Origin: Candidatus Omnitrophota bacterium
Lineage (GTDB): Bacteria > Omnitrophota > Gorgyraeia > Gygaellales > UBA12090
Assembly (NCBI GenBank): GCA_030674475.1
Contig: JAUSCZ010000033.1
Coordinates: 52,018 to 116,017, forward strand
DNA length: 64,000 bases
Direction: 5' to 3'
Made by a program: the position numbers and the translations under genes. Within the stretch, counting starts at the first letter, position 1. Every line of letters begins with the position of its first letter. Below are positions 37,991 to 49,374 of the stretch, one piece after another. The notes beneath the pieces were generated by a model. The model saw only the letters and a program-made list of their open reading frames with translations, was not told the DNA's origin and ran no database searches.

Positions 37991-39211
37991 ATGAATTCAA
38001 CCCAAAACCAAAACAGTTTTTACGGGCTGGGTATAGCTCCGGGGCTTCTGGAGGTGCTGGATAAACTTAAGTTTAAGGTACCCACCCCAATTCAGTATAA
38101 GGCCATACCTATAGCCATTGAAGGTAAGGATATTATCGGGATTGCCCAGACCGGCACCGGTAAGACCCTGGCCTTTGGAATTCCGATGATTCAGCAGTTG
38201 GCCCAGAAAAGAGGCCGGGGCCTGGTGTTGGTTCCTACGCGCGAGCTCGCGATTCAGGTTAACGAAGCCCTGGTAAAGTTTGCCCCGATACTCAAGATGA
38301 GAACCACGGTGCTTATTGGTGGAGAATCTATGCATCTGCAGATCCAATCTTTAAGGAATGATCCCCGGATTATTATCGCCACCCCCGGCCGGCTGATTGA
38401 CCATATCGGCCAGCATACCCTGCGGCTTGACGATGTGGTTATTCTGGTGCTTGATGAGGCCGATCGCATGCTGGATATGGGCTTTGCCCCGCAAATAGAG
38501 CGTATCTTAAGACTCATTCCCCGGGAGCGCCAGACCATGCTTTTTTCAGCCACAATACCCCCCAGCATAGTGAAGATTGCCTCCGCCTATATGCATCTTC
38601 CGGTGCGCACCGAGATAGCCCCGACCGGGACCGCGGCCGAGCTGGTTTCCCAGGAGCTGTTTATTGTCAGCCGGGATCTAAAAGGAAGGCTGTTGGGTGA
38701 ATTGCTTAAACAATACAGTGGTTCGGTGCTTTTGTTTATCCGAACCAAAATCGGGGCCCGGAAAGTGACCCGCGTCTTAAGAACAATGGGTCATTCTGTC
38801 GCCGAGATCCACGCCGATCGGACCTTAGCCCAGCGCAAAGAAGCCTTGAGCGGCTTTAAGTCCGGAAAATACCGTATCCTCGCGGCTACCGACATCGCGG
38901 CCAGAGGCATTGACGTGAAAGGAATTGAGCTGGTTATAAATTACGACCTGCCGGATGACCCGGAAAATTATGTCCACAGGATAGGCCGCACCGGAAGAGC
39001 CGGGTTAAAAGGCCGGTCCATATCCCTGGCCACCCCGGATCAGGGAGATGATGTGCGCAATATTGAAAAGATCATGCGAACATCTATTCCTTTGTCTAAG
39101 CATCCCGGTGTTCCCACGGAAAGTTTTTCTTCCGCGCATAAAGCGCCGGCCCGGGCACATAAACCTTATCGTCCCCAGGGGCAGAATTTTAGCCGCTTTC
39201 ATCGAAGATAA
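37991..39211 (+). CDS. DEAD-box ATP-dependent RNA helicase
   Basis: AQTGTGKT, DEAD, SAT and HRIGRTGRAG motifs. Confidence 0.9.
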   Translation: MNSTQNQNSFYGLGIAPGLLEVLDKLKFKVPTPIQYKAIPIAIEGKDIIGIAQTGTGKTLAFGIPMIQQLAQKRGRGLVLVPTRELAIQVNEALVKFAPILKMRTTVLIGGESMHLQIQSLRNDPRIIIATPGRLIDHIGQHTLRLDDVVILVLDEADRMLDMGFAPQIERILRLIPRERQTMLFSATIPPSIVKIASAYMHLPVRTEIAPTGTAAELVSQELFIVSRDLKGRLLGELLKQYSGSVLLFIRTKIGARKVTRVLRTMGHSVAEIHADRTLAQRKEALSGFKSGKYRILAATDIAARGIDVKGIELVINYDLPDDPENYVHRIGRTGRAGLKGRSISLATPDQGDDVRNIEKIMRTSIPLSKHPGVPTESFSSAHKAPARAHKPYRPQGQNFSRFHRR

Positions 39212-39344
39212 ACCCCGTCAGAAAGAGCGATGTTTTCGGCTCTGGCCTTTTCTGATTATGTTTGTCCTCCAACTTTAGGGAGCTTTCTAACGGGGTAAAG
39301 GCTAACCGGTTACACCTCAAAAAAAGTAACCCTAAAAAAAATAC

Positions 39345-39398
39345 TTGACAGATTTTTTTTTACGATTATAATTAGCACTCTGGCACTTAGAGTGCTAA
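39345..39398 (+). promoter_or_regulatory. groESL promoter (TTGACA-16-TATAAT) overlapping a CIRCE operator (TTAGCACTC-N9-GAGTGCTAA)
   Basis: Perfect CIRCE inverted repeat at 39372-39398. Confidence 0.9.
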
Positions 39399-39480
39399 TT
39401 CAGGAGGATAGGCTTTCCTGCTCATTGAAGGAAAGGTCTAAATAAACAAAAATCAGTTAAATTTAAGGAGGAGGTATAGG

Positions 39481-39771
39481 ATGAACATACAACCACTTGG
39501 AGACAGGGTAATAATCAAACCGCTGGAGGCGGAGAGTAAGACTAAGGGCGGGATTGTCATTCCGGATACAGCCAAAGAGAAGCCGCAGGAAGGCAAAGTC
39601 GTGGCGGTAGGTAAGGGCAAGATTTCTGATGACGGTAAACTGCAGGTTTTAGAGGTAAAGGCCGGAGACAAGGTTCTTTACGGAAAATATTCCGGGACTG
39701 AAATCACCACTAAAGAAGGCGAAGAACTGTTAATCATGAAGGAAGAGGATATTTTAGCGATAATCAAATAA
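39481..39771 (+). CDS. groES: co-chaperonin GroES
   Basis: 96 aa; conserved mobile-loop region. Confidence 0.95.
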   Translation: MNIQPLGDRVIIKPLEAESKTKGGIVIPDTAKEKPQEGKVVAVGKGKISDDGKLQVLEVKAGDKVLYGKYSGTEITTKEGEELLIMKEEDILAIIK

Positions 39772-39780
39772 TAATCTTAA

Positions 39781-41433
<1,653 letters not shown>

Positions 41434-41464
41434 AAATTGCCATAATTCAGCAAGGCAATAAAAA

Positions 41465-41510
41465 CCAAAAGGGCTTCGAGATAAAACTCGAAGCCCTTTT
41501 GGTTGTGTAT
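41465..41510 (+). terminator. rho-independent terminator after groEL (a second hairpin follows at 41511-41540)
   Basis: ccaaaagggcttcgag / ctcgaagcccttttgg stem followed by a T-run. Confidence 0.7.
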
Positions 41511-41581
41511 GTAGGGGTCCTTCGCGAAGGGCCCCTACATTTTCTCTATGCTGTTTTTAGCGGTTATGTTATAATTTAAAT

Positions 41582-42556
41582 ATGCTTACCTATATAATCA
41601 AAAGACTATTGGGGATGTTTCCGCTCTTGTGGGGGATAATCACTATTTCCTTTATGGTTATCCATCTTGCTCCCGGCAAGCCGTCCGCTTTAACCGAGGC
41701 CATGAATCCCAGGGTTTCCTCAGAGGTGAGAGAGAGGCTGAATAAGCTCTACGGTTTAGACCGGCCGCTGCCTATTCAGTATTTTGATTGGTGTCGAAAA
41801 ATAGTTACTTTGGATTTCGGCGTTTCGTTTATTGACGGCAGGCCGGTTATCCGAAAGATTGGCGAGCGTCTGCCCTTGACGGTTTTTATCAACCTCACGT
41901 CGCTTTTTATTATTCTCTTTCTGGGGATTATCATTGGTTTAAAATGCGCTTCTCAGGCGGGTTCTCTTTATGACCATTTTATGAGTCTGTTGGTTTTTAT
42001 CGGTTTTGCCATGCCGGGATTTTGGCTGAGTTTGCTGCTGATGGATTTTTTTGGGCTTAAGTTAAGATGGCTTCCTATTTCCGGGATAACCTCTTTGGAT
42101 TTTGAATATTTTACTTTCTGGGGCAAGGCGGGGGATTTACTTAGACATCTGGCTTTGCCTCTTTTTGTTTCTTGTTTTGGCGGCCTGGCCGGGATTTCCC
42201 GCTATATCCGTCAGAATACCTTAGAGATATTAAAGACACCTTATATTCGCGCCGCCCGGGCCAGAGGGTTAACCCGTTCTGCCGTGCTTATTCAACACGC
42301 CCTTCCCAATACCTTACTTCCGGTAGTTACTATTCTGGGATTATCTATTCCTGGTTTAATCGGTGGAAGCGTTATTTTTGAGTCTATTTTTGCCTTGCCT
42401 GGGGTGGGGAGGCTTTTTTATGAGGCGGTAATGGCCCGGGATTACCCGATGATAATGGCGGAGTTGGTTATTGGCGCGGCCTTGACCTTGTGGGGAAATT
42501 TTCTGGCGGATATTGCCTATAGCTATGTTGATCCCCGGATAAGATATAAAAGATGA
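41582..42556 (+). CDS. ABC transporter permease, peptide/nickel (OppB/DppB) family
   Basis: Six predicted TM segments; EAA-like motif region. Confidence 0.8.
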   Translation: MLTYIIKRLLGMFPLLWGIITISFMVIHLAPGKPSALTEAMNPRVSSEVRERLNKLYGLDRPLPIQYFDWCRKIVTLDFGVSFIDGRPVIRKIGERLPLTVFINLTSLFIILFLGIIIGLKCASQAGSLYDHFMSLLVFIGFAMPGFWLSLLLMDFFGLKLRWLPISGITSLDFEYFTFWGKAGDLLRHLALPLFVSCFGGLAGISRYIRQNTLEILKTPYIRAARARGLTRSAVLIQHALPNTLLPVVTILGLSIPGLIGGSVIFESIFALPGVGRLFYEAVMARDYPMIMAELVIGAALTLWGNFLADIAYSYVDPRIRYKR

Positions 42557-43344
42557 AGCCTAAATTATTAGCCGGAATAATTATTATCGGTATATTGAGC
42601 GTGGGCGCGATTTTTGCCCCGCTTTTGGCTAAGTATGACCCGAACAAAATTGTCCTTGAGGATGTCCTTGCCGGGCCAACGCAGAAACACATCTTAGGCG
42701 CCGACCAATTGGGCAGGGATCTTTTTAGCCGGATGCTTTTTGGGGCTCGGGTGTCTTTATTGGTCGGGGTGATAGCCGTGGGCATAGCGGTTTTGGCGGG
42801 CTTGGTTTTGGGTTCTCTGGCCGGATTTCTGGGCGGGATTACGGATACCCTGATTATGCGTTTTGTGGATATTATGCTTTGTTTTCCGGCCTTCTTCCTG
42901 ATTCTGGCGGTGGCGGCAATTTTAGAGCCTTCCATATTTAATATTATGCTGATTATTGGTTTGACTAGTTGGATGGGGATAGCCCGTTTAGTCCGGGCTG
43001 AGATTTTGTCTTTAAAAGAGAAGGAATTTATTCTGGCGGCCAGGGCAATCGGTTTGAGTAATTTCAGGATAATCCTGGGCCACCTTATCCCTAATGCCCT
43101 AAATCCGGTGATAGTCAATGCCGCCTTAGGGGTAGGCTCGGCCATACTTTTAGAGTCATCGTTGAGTTTTCTGGGCCTGGGGGTCCAGCCGCCTCAGGCC
43201 AGCTGGGGAAATATCCTGGCTGAGTCTAAGGCGGTTTTAGGGGCAGCCTGGTGGATGTCGGTTTGTCCGGGCCTGGCCATACTTCTGACAGTCTTGGGTT
43301 TTAATTTATTAGGAGAAGGCTTAAGAGAAACCAGTAACCAGTAA
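42553..43344 (+). CDS. ABC transporter permease, peptide/nickel (OppC/DppC) family
   Basis: Permease topology. The C-terminal ETSNQ* is encoded by an (aaccagt) repeat. Confidence 0.8.
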   Translation: MKPKLLAGIIIIGILSVGAIFAPLLAKYDPNKIVLEDVLAGPTQKHILGADQLGRDLFSRMLFGARVSLLVGVIAVGIAVLAGLVLGSLAGFLGGITDTLIMRFVDIMLCFPAFFLILAVAAILEPSIFNIMLIIGLTSWMGIARLVRAEILSLKEKEFILAARAIGLSNFRIILGHLIPNALNPVIVNAALGVGSAILLESSLSFLGLGVQPPQASWGNILAESKAVLGAAWWMSVCPGLAILLTVLGFNLLGEGLRETSNQ

Positions 43345-43354
43345 CCAGTAACCA
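43329..43354. repeat. heptamer tandem repeat (aaccagt)x3.5
   Basis: Direct reading. Confidence 0.9.
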
Positions 43355-43359
43355 GATAA

Positions 43360-44148
43360 ATGAACAAGCTATTAGAGATTAGAAATTTGAGCATTCAGTT
43401 TTGCCAGCAGCGGCAGATAATTCAGGCGGTGGAGAAAGTAGATTTGGATCTATTTGAGGATGAGATTCTGGCCTTAGTGGGTGAGTCCGGAAGCGGCAAG
43501 ACCATGACCGCTTTAAGTATTACGAAAATTCTTCCTCAATCCGCCACAATAACCGAAGGCAAGGTTATTTTTCAAGGCCGCGATTTGTTAAAAACCGCAG
43601 AGCGGGATTTAGAGGCAATCCGGGGCAAGGAAATCTCTTATATATTTCAGGAGGCTCAGGCCTCTTTAAATCCGGTTTTACCTATTGGCCGGCAGATTCA
43701 GGAGAGCATTATTTTGCATCATCAGGCAAAGGATAAAAAGGAAGCCTTAAGTATGGCTGGAGATTTATTAGAGCTGGTGAGACTGCCCCACCCGCAAAGG
43801 ATATTAAGAAGCTATCCCCACCAGCTCTCCGGAGGGATGAACCAGCGGGTAATGATCGCTTTGGGTTTAAGCTCCGGGCCTAAGCTTTTGATCGCCGATG
43901 AGCCGACCAGTTCTTTGGATGTTACCGTTGAGGCCCAAATTATCCGGATGCTCTTAGAGCTTAAAGAAAAATTGCGTTTCAGTATTTTATTTATTACCCA
44001 TAATCTGGCCTTGGCTGAACGGTTCGCTTCCCGGATTGCTATTATGTTTAAAGGTAAAATTGTGGAAGCGGGGCTAACCAAAGATATTTTCTCAGCGCCC
44101 CAACATCCGCACACCCGGGAGTTGATTAATTCTATAATTCGAATATGA
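43360..44148 (+). CDS. ABC transporter ATP-binding protein (OppD/DppD-like)
   Basis: Walker A GESGSGKT, LSGGMNQR signature, Walker B. Confidence 0.85.
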   Translation: MNKLLEIRNLSIQFCQQRQIIQAVEKVDLDLFEDEILALVGESGSGKTMTALSITKILPQSATITEGKVIFQGRDLLKTAERDLEAIRGKEISYIFQEAQASLNPVLPIGRQIQESIILHHQAKDKKEALSMAGDLLELVRLPHPQRILRSYPHQLSGGMNQRVMIALGLSSGPKLLIADEPTSSLDVTVEAQIIRMLLELKEKLRFSILFITHNLALAERFASRIAIMFKGKIVEAGLTKDIFSAPQHPHTRELINSIIRI

Positions 44149-44882
44149 TTCTTGAAGTAATAAACCTGAAAAAATATTTTCCCATTGAAAGGGGCATCTT
44201 CAGAACTGCCGGCGGTTTTATTAAGGCCGTTGACGGAGTAAGTTTTTTTCTTGCCGAAGGAGAGGTTTTGGGGGTGCTGGGTGAGTCCGGATGCGGCAAG
44301 AGCACCCTGGCCAAGTTAATCTTAAAGTTAATGGAACCTACCAGCGGTAAAATAGTTTTTTCTCCTTTACTAGCTAATATTAGAAGGTCGGTGGGGATTA
44401 TTTTTCAGGATCCGTTTTTAAGCTTAGACCCCAAGATGCGCGTCAGGGATATTCTCCGCGAGCCGTTTTTAGCGCATAAATTAGAAGTCAGCGATGATAA
44501 AATAGGGGAATTGCTTGGGTTGGTTGGGCTGGACGGAGATTTATTGAGACGTTTCCCCCACCAGCTCAGCGGCGGCCAGCGCCAGAGGGTCTGTATCGCC
44601 AGGAGCTTAAGCCTAAAGCCTAAGCTTTTAGTTCTGGATGAGCCGCTTTCTTCCTTAGACTTGATTAGCCAGAAGCAGATTTTAGAATTATTGCTGGGCC
44701 TGCGAATAAAATTTAAAATGTCTTATCTGTTTATCAGCCATAATATCGCGCTTATCCGAGAAATCTCTGACCGGATAATGGTGATGTCTGCCGGTAAAAT
44801 AGCAGAGGAAGGAAAGACGGCAGAAATTTTTAATTTCCCTAAATCCAGTTACACAAAAAAACTCCTTGAAGCGGCAAGTTAG
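44145..44882 (+). CDS. ABC transporter ATP-binding protein (OppF/DppF-like)
   Basis: GESGCGKST, LSGGQRQR, LVLDEP. Confidence 0.85.
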   Translation: MILEVINLKKYFPIERGIFRTAGGFIKAVDGVSFFLAEGEVLGVLGESGCGKSTLAKLILKLMEPTSGKIVFSPLLANIRRSVGIIFQDPFLSLDPKMRVRDILREPFLAHKLEVSDDKIGELLGLVGLDGDLLRRFPHQLSGGQRQRVCIARSLSLKPKLLVLDEPLSSLDLISQKQILELLLGLRIKFKMSYLFISHNIALIREISDRIMVMSAGKIAEEGKTAEIFNFPKSSYTKKLLEAAS

Positions 44883-44993
44883 ATAAGCTATAATAACTTA
44901 GCTTTTTTTCGTATTTAGGGTAATAAATAACAAAATGTAAATGATAAAAAGTAGTTTATAGTTGATGGTGTATAGTTTATAGCCATTACTTTA

Positions 44994-45035
44994 AAACCAT
45001 AAACCATAAACCATAAACTATCAACTATCAACTAT
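44994..45035. repeat. heptamer tandem repeats (aaaccat)x3 + (caactat)x3, with an imperfect inverted copy at ~44950-44968
   Basis: Direct reading; lies in the intergenic region upstream of marC. Confidence 0.85.
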
Positions 45036-45048
45036 TTAACATTAATCT

Positions 45049-45645
45049 ATGCCAGAATTTCTCAGGCCGTATGTATTAACTTTTATTCCTATCTTTGTGG
45101 CGGTGGATGCCCTGGGGAATATTCCTCTCTTTGTCTCTCTGACTCATTCTTTAAACAAGAAACAGAAGCAAAGGGTGATTCGGGAATCGCTTTTAACGGC
45201 AACGGTAATCGCGGTTTCCTTTATGTTTTTAGGTAAGGCAATTTTAAGGGTCTTGAATATCAGCGTGGCTGATTTTCAGATAGCCGGGGGAATATTGCTT
45301 TTGGTTATCTCCACTAATCTTCTTTTGGCTGGTAAGGGCCGGGATTCAGTTTTAAGCAAGGGAAGCTCGGAGGCCGGGGTTTTTCCTTTAGGCACGCCCT
45401 TAGTTACCGGGCCGGCGGTGTTGACCATGATCTTGATGGTGGTGGATAACTTTGGCTGGATGCCGTCTTTGATTTCTTTGCTTTTAAATATGCTGATTGT
45501 CTGGTTTACTTTTCGTTACGCCGATCTTTTTACCGCGTTAATCGGCGAGTCCGGGATGCGCGCGTTTTCCAAGATTATCTATATTTTTCTGGCGGCTATC
45601 GCGGTAATGATGATGCGTAAAGGCATATCGGGGTTTCTTTTATGA
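45049..45645 (+). CDS. MarC/UPF0056 family membrane protein
   Basis: NIPLFVSLT motif; six TM segments. Confidence 0.75.
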   Translation: MPEFLRPYVLTFIPIFVAVDALGNIPLFVSLTHSLNKKQKQRVIRESLLTATVIAVSFMFLGKAILRVLNISVADFQIAGGILLLVISTNLLLAGKGRDSVLSKGSSEAGVFPLGTPLVTGPAVLTMILMVVDNFGWMPSLISLLLNMLIVWFTFRYADLFTALIGESGMRAFSKIIYIFLAAIAVMMMRKGISGFLL

Positions 45646-46889
45646 GTAGTAAGGTTCTGACTTTTATTCTGGCCGGGGGTAAGGGAGAGCGGTTGCATCC
45701 TTTGACTAAGGACCGGGCTAAACCGGCAGTTCCTTTTGGGGGAATTTACCGGATTATTGATTTTACTTTATCCAACTGCATAAACTCCGGACTGCGCCGC
45801 ATCCACGTTTTGATTCAGTATAAGTCCATATCCTTACAGCGTCATCTGAGGATAGGGTGGAATGTCTTTAATTCCGACCTGGGAGAATTCATTGATGTGA
45901 TCCCGGCCCAGCAAAGGGTGGGTTCGGATTGGTACCGGGGCACCGCCGATGCCATTTATCAGAATATTTACACCATTGAACAGGAAAAGGCGGATGATGT
46001 CTTGATTCTGGCCGGAGACCATGTCTATAAGATGAACTATTATAAGATGATTGATTATCACCGTCAATTGGGAGCGGACCTTACGGTGGGCGTGTGTGAG
46101 ATGGAAAAAGAGAAATCTTCCCAGCTGGGCGTGCTTGAGGTGGACGATAAGGGGAGAGTTTTGGGTTTTGAGGAAAAACCGGATAAACCTAAAACTATTC
46201 CCAAAAAATCAGATAAAATATACGCCTCAATGGGAATTTATGTTTTTAACCGCCGGGTGCTGGCGGAGGAATTGATTGAGGATTGCGCCAAAAATACCGA
46301 TCATGACTTTGGAAAGAATATCATTCCTCAGATGATTAAAAAGGCAAAATTAGTCTACGCCTATAATTTTTCTTCCATAAAACGCGAAGGCGAGCAATGC
46401 CTGGCAGGTGAATCAGCGAACTATTGGAGGGATATCGGGACCATTGATGCTTATCACGAGGCCAATATGGACCTCCTGGGGCCGGAGCCGATTTTTAATC
46501 TCTACGACCGGGAATGGCCGATTAGGACCTATCAGGAGCAGTTCCCTCCGGCCCGGACCGTGCATTCCGGAGAAGAAACCAAGGAGAGGATTGGCTTGTT
46601 TTTGGATTCTCTGGTTTCCAGCGGCTGTGTTATCAGCGGGGGAAAGGTCCAACGTTCAATACTTTCGCCCAATGTGCGGATTAACAGTTTCTCCGAGGTT
46701 TATGATTCCATCCTGATGGAAGGGGTGGATGTGGGCAGGTATGCCAGGATAAAACGGGCAATTATTGATAAAGAAGTTAAGCTTCCCCAGGGAGTAATAA
46801 TCGGATACGATTCGGCTGAAGATAAAAAAAGGTTTCATGTTACTGATTCGGGGATTGTGGTGGTGGGAAAAGGAACCGAGATAAGATAG
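45642..46889 (+). CDS. glgC: glucose-1-phosphate adenylyltransferase
   Basis: LAGGKGERLHPLTKDRAKPAVPFGG motif. Confidence 0.9.
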   Translation: MSSKVLTFILAGGKGERLHPLTKDRAKPAVPFGGIYRIIDFTLSNCINSGLRRIHVLIQYKSISLQRHLRIGWNVFNSDLGEFIDVIPAQQRVGSDWYRGTADAIYQNIYTIEQEKADDVLILAGDHVYKMNYYKMIDYHRQLGADLTVGVCEMEKEKSSQLGVLEVDDKGRVLGFEEKPDKPKTIPKKSDKIYASMGIYVFNRRVLAEELIEDCAKNTDHDFGKNIIPQMIKKAKLVYAYNFSSIKREGEQCLAGESANYWRDIGTIDAYHEANMDLLGPEPIFNLYDREWPIRTYQEQFPPARTVHSGEETKERIGLFLDSLVSSGCVISGGKVQRSILSPNVRINSFSEVYDSILMEGVDVGRYARIKRAIIDKEVKLPQGVIIGYDSAEDKKRFHVTDSGIVVVGKGTEIR

Positions 46890-46895
46890 GTCCTC

Positions 46896-47345
46896 ATGAT
46901 AAGAAAGGCCAAGGTCGGCGATATAAAACGGATACAAGAGTTGATTAATTATTTTGCCGGCCAGGACCTAATGCTGCCGCGCTCTTTGAATATCCTGTAT
47001 GAGAATTTAAGGGATTTCTTTGTCTGTGAGGATAAAAATAAAATTGTCGGCTGTTCGGCCCTGCATATCTCCTGGGATGATCTGGCTGAGATAAAGTCTT
47101 TGGCGGTGGCCAAGAATTATCAGAATAAGGGAATAGGCAGAAAGTTAGCTGAGGCCTGCATCCTGGAGGCCAAGGAAATTGGGGCGGGAAGGGTATTTGT
47201 GTTGACTTACGCGCCGGATTTTTTTAAGAAACTCGGGTTTAGGCAGACAGCCCATAACAAATTGCCGCATAAGATTTGGGCGGAGTGTATTAATTGCCCG
47301 AAGTTCCCGGATTGCCAGGAAACGGCGTTAATTAAGAAAATATGA
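46896..47345 (+). CDS. GNAT family N-acetyltransferase (short ArgA-like)
   Basis: QNKGIGRKL acetyl-CoA binding motif. Confidence 0.7.
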   Translation: MIRKAKVGDIKRIQELINYFAGQDLMLPRSLNILYENLRDFFVCEDKNKIVGCSALHISWDDLAEIKSLAVAKNYQNKGIGRKLAEACILEAKEIGAGRVFVLTYAPDFFKKLGFRQTAHNKLPHKIWAECINCPKFPDCQETALIKKI

Positions 47346-47348
47346 GGC

Positions 47349-47395
47349 GCGATAAATCGTACCGCTACAGTAGCGGCGCCATTTATGGCGCTAAT
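47349..47395 (+). repeat. triple-hairpin intergenic element, copy 2
   Basis: Matches 13089-13135 with 2 substitutions. Confidence 0.85.
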
Positions 47396-47413
47396 ACGCG
47401 AGGGAGATAATAA

Positions 47414-48565
47414 ATGGATTATTTGTTTACTGAAGAACAGAAAATGATCAGGGATTTATGCCGCCAGATTGCCAGAGAAAAAATAGCTCCGATAGCGGCA
47501 GAATATGACCGCAGTGAAAAGTTTCCTCATGAGGCAATTAAGATAATCGCCGATTCCGACCTTTTCGCGATTTTCGTGCCGGTGGAATACGGCGGCACCG
47601 GAGGCGGGGTTTTGGATTTATCCATTGCTACCGAAGAGCTGTCCCGGGCCTGCGGCGGTATTGCCGTGTGCTACGCGGCGTCAGCCTTGGGGACATTCCC
47701 CATAGTCTTATTCGGAAACGACCAGCAGAAGAGGAAATATCTGCCGGATTTAGCTAAGGGTAAGACGATTGCCGCTTTTGGAATTACTGAGCCTGAGGCC
47801 GGATCGGATGCCTCGGCAATTAAGACTACCGCTCTAAAAAAAGGGGATCACTATATCTTAAACGGCACCAAGCATTTTATCACCAACGGGGGTGAGGCCG
47901 GGATCTATACCATAATCGCGAAGAGTGATCGTAGTAAGGGGGCCAGGGGAGCCTCCGCCTTTATCGTGGAAAAAGGCACTCCCGGATTTACCTTTGGCAA
48001 AAAAGAAGACAAGCTGGGTATCCGGGCTTCCATTACCAGCGAGCTTATCTTTACTGACTGTAAGATTCCCCAAGAAAATCTGATTGCCAAGGAAGGAATG
48101 GGTTTTGTTGTTACTATGAAGACCTTTGATATGTCCCGTCCCGGGGTAGCGGCCCAGGCCCTGGGGATTGCTCAGGGAGCCTTGGATGTGGCGGTTAAAT
48201 ACGCGCGGGAAAGGCGTCAGTTCGGAAAATCTATCGCCAGCTTTCAAGGGATTCAATGGATGCTCGCGGATATGGCCACTAAAATAGAGGCATCGCGGGC
48301 CCTGATTTATTCTTGCGCTAAGATGATTGACAGCGGCAATACCAATGTGGCTAAAGAGTCGGCAATGGCTAAACTGTTTGCCTCGGATACGGCAATGCAG
48401 GTATCTACCGACGCGGTGCAGATTTTAGGCGGTTACGGCTATATGCGGGATTATCCGGCCGAAAAATATATGCGCGATGCCAAGATCACCCAGATATATG
48501 AAGGAACAAACCAGATTCAACGCAACATCATCGCCTTGCAGTTAATTAGGGAAGCGGCAAAATAA
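47414..48565 (+). CDS. acyl-CoA dehydrogenase (butyryl-CoA dehydrogenase-like)
   Basis: Complete ACAD domain architecture; catalytic Glu near the C-terminus (YEGTNQIQR). Confidence 0.9.
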   Translation: MDYLFTEEQKMIRDLCRQIAREKIAPIAAEYDRSEKFPHEAIKIIADSDLFAIFVPVEYGGTGGGVLDLSIATEELSRACGGIAVCYAASALGTFPIVLFGNDQQKRKYLPDLAKGKTIAAFGITEPEAGSDASAIKTTALKKGDHYILNGTKHFITNGGEAGIYTIIAKSDRSKGARGASAFIVEKGTPGFTFGKKEDKLGIRASITSELIFTDCKIPQENLIAKEGMGFVVTMKTFDMSRPGVAAQALGIAQGALDVAVKYARERRQFGKSIASFQGIQWMLADMATKIEASRALIYSCAKMIDSGNTNVAKESAMAKLFASDTAMQVSTDAVQILGGYGYMRDYPAEKYMRDAKITQIYEGTNQIQRNIIALQLIREAAK

Positions 48566-48593
48566 AGTCAAAAGGTAAAAGTAAAGAGGGGAA

Positions 48594-49373
48594 ATGAATA
48601 TAATTGTTTGTATTAAGCAGGTTCCGGAAACCACGGAAGTCCGGATCAACCCTGAGACTAATACCTTGATGCGCGAGGGGGTAAAGTCCATTATTAACCC
48701 TTTTGATATGTACGCTATTGAGGAAGGGGTGCGGCTAAAGGAGAAGTTTGGGGGTAAGGTTACGGTATTGACTATGGGCCCGCCCCAAGCAGAGGCGGCT
48801 TTAAAAGAGGCAATATCTCTGGGCGCGGATGAGGCGGTATTATTGTCTGACCGGGCCTTTGCCGGAAGCGACACCTGGGCCACCAGCTATACTCTGGCCG
48901 CGGGGGTGCGCAAGCTCAAGGAGTATGATTTGATTATCTGCGGCAAGCAGGCCTCTGATGGAGACACTGCCCAGGTGGGCCCGGGAATAGCCACTCACTT
49001 AGATATTCCGCAGGTAACGTATGTAAAGAAAATAGAGGAAGTCAAGGATAAGACTATCAAAGTGGAACGGATGACCGAGGAGGGCTACGAGATAATTGAA
49101 TCTTCTTTACCTTTATTGATTACCGTGGTTAAAGAGATTAACACTCCCCGCGTGCCTTCCTTACGTGGACTGATGCGTTCCAAGCAGGCCAAGATAACTG
49201 TATTGGGGGTTAAGGATTTAGATGTGGAGACCGCCAACCTTGGGTTGTGCGGTTCTCCTACCCAGGTGGCCAAGATATTTACCCCTCCCGCGCGGCCTGA
49301 AGGAGAAAAAATTAAGGGCACTGCTGAAGAGATTGTGGTTAAATTAGCCGAAATATTAAAGCGGGAAAAATAA
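48594..49373 (+). CDS. etfB: electron transfer flavoprotein beta subunit
   Basis: MNIIVCIKQVPE start motif. Confidence 0.9.
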   Translation: MNIIVCIKQVPETTEVRINPETNTLMREGVKSIINPFDMYAIEEGVRLKEKFGGKVTVLTMGPPQAEAALKEAISLGADEAVLLSDRAFAGSDTWATSYTLAAGVRKLKEYDLIICGKQASDGDTAQVGPGIATHLDIPQVTYVKKIEEVKDKTIKVERMTEEGYEIIESSLPLLITVVKEINTPRVPSLRGLMRSKQAKITVLGVKDLDVETANLGLCGSPTQVAKIFTPPARPEGEKIKGTAEEIVVKLAEILKREK

Positions 49374-49374
49374 T

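Noticed and set aside
42468-43145. 225-aa minus-strand ORF
   Set aside because: Entirely antisense to the ABC permease genes, with no start context. Antisense composition artefact.
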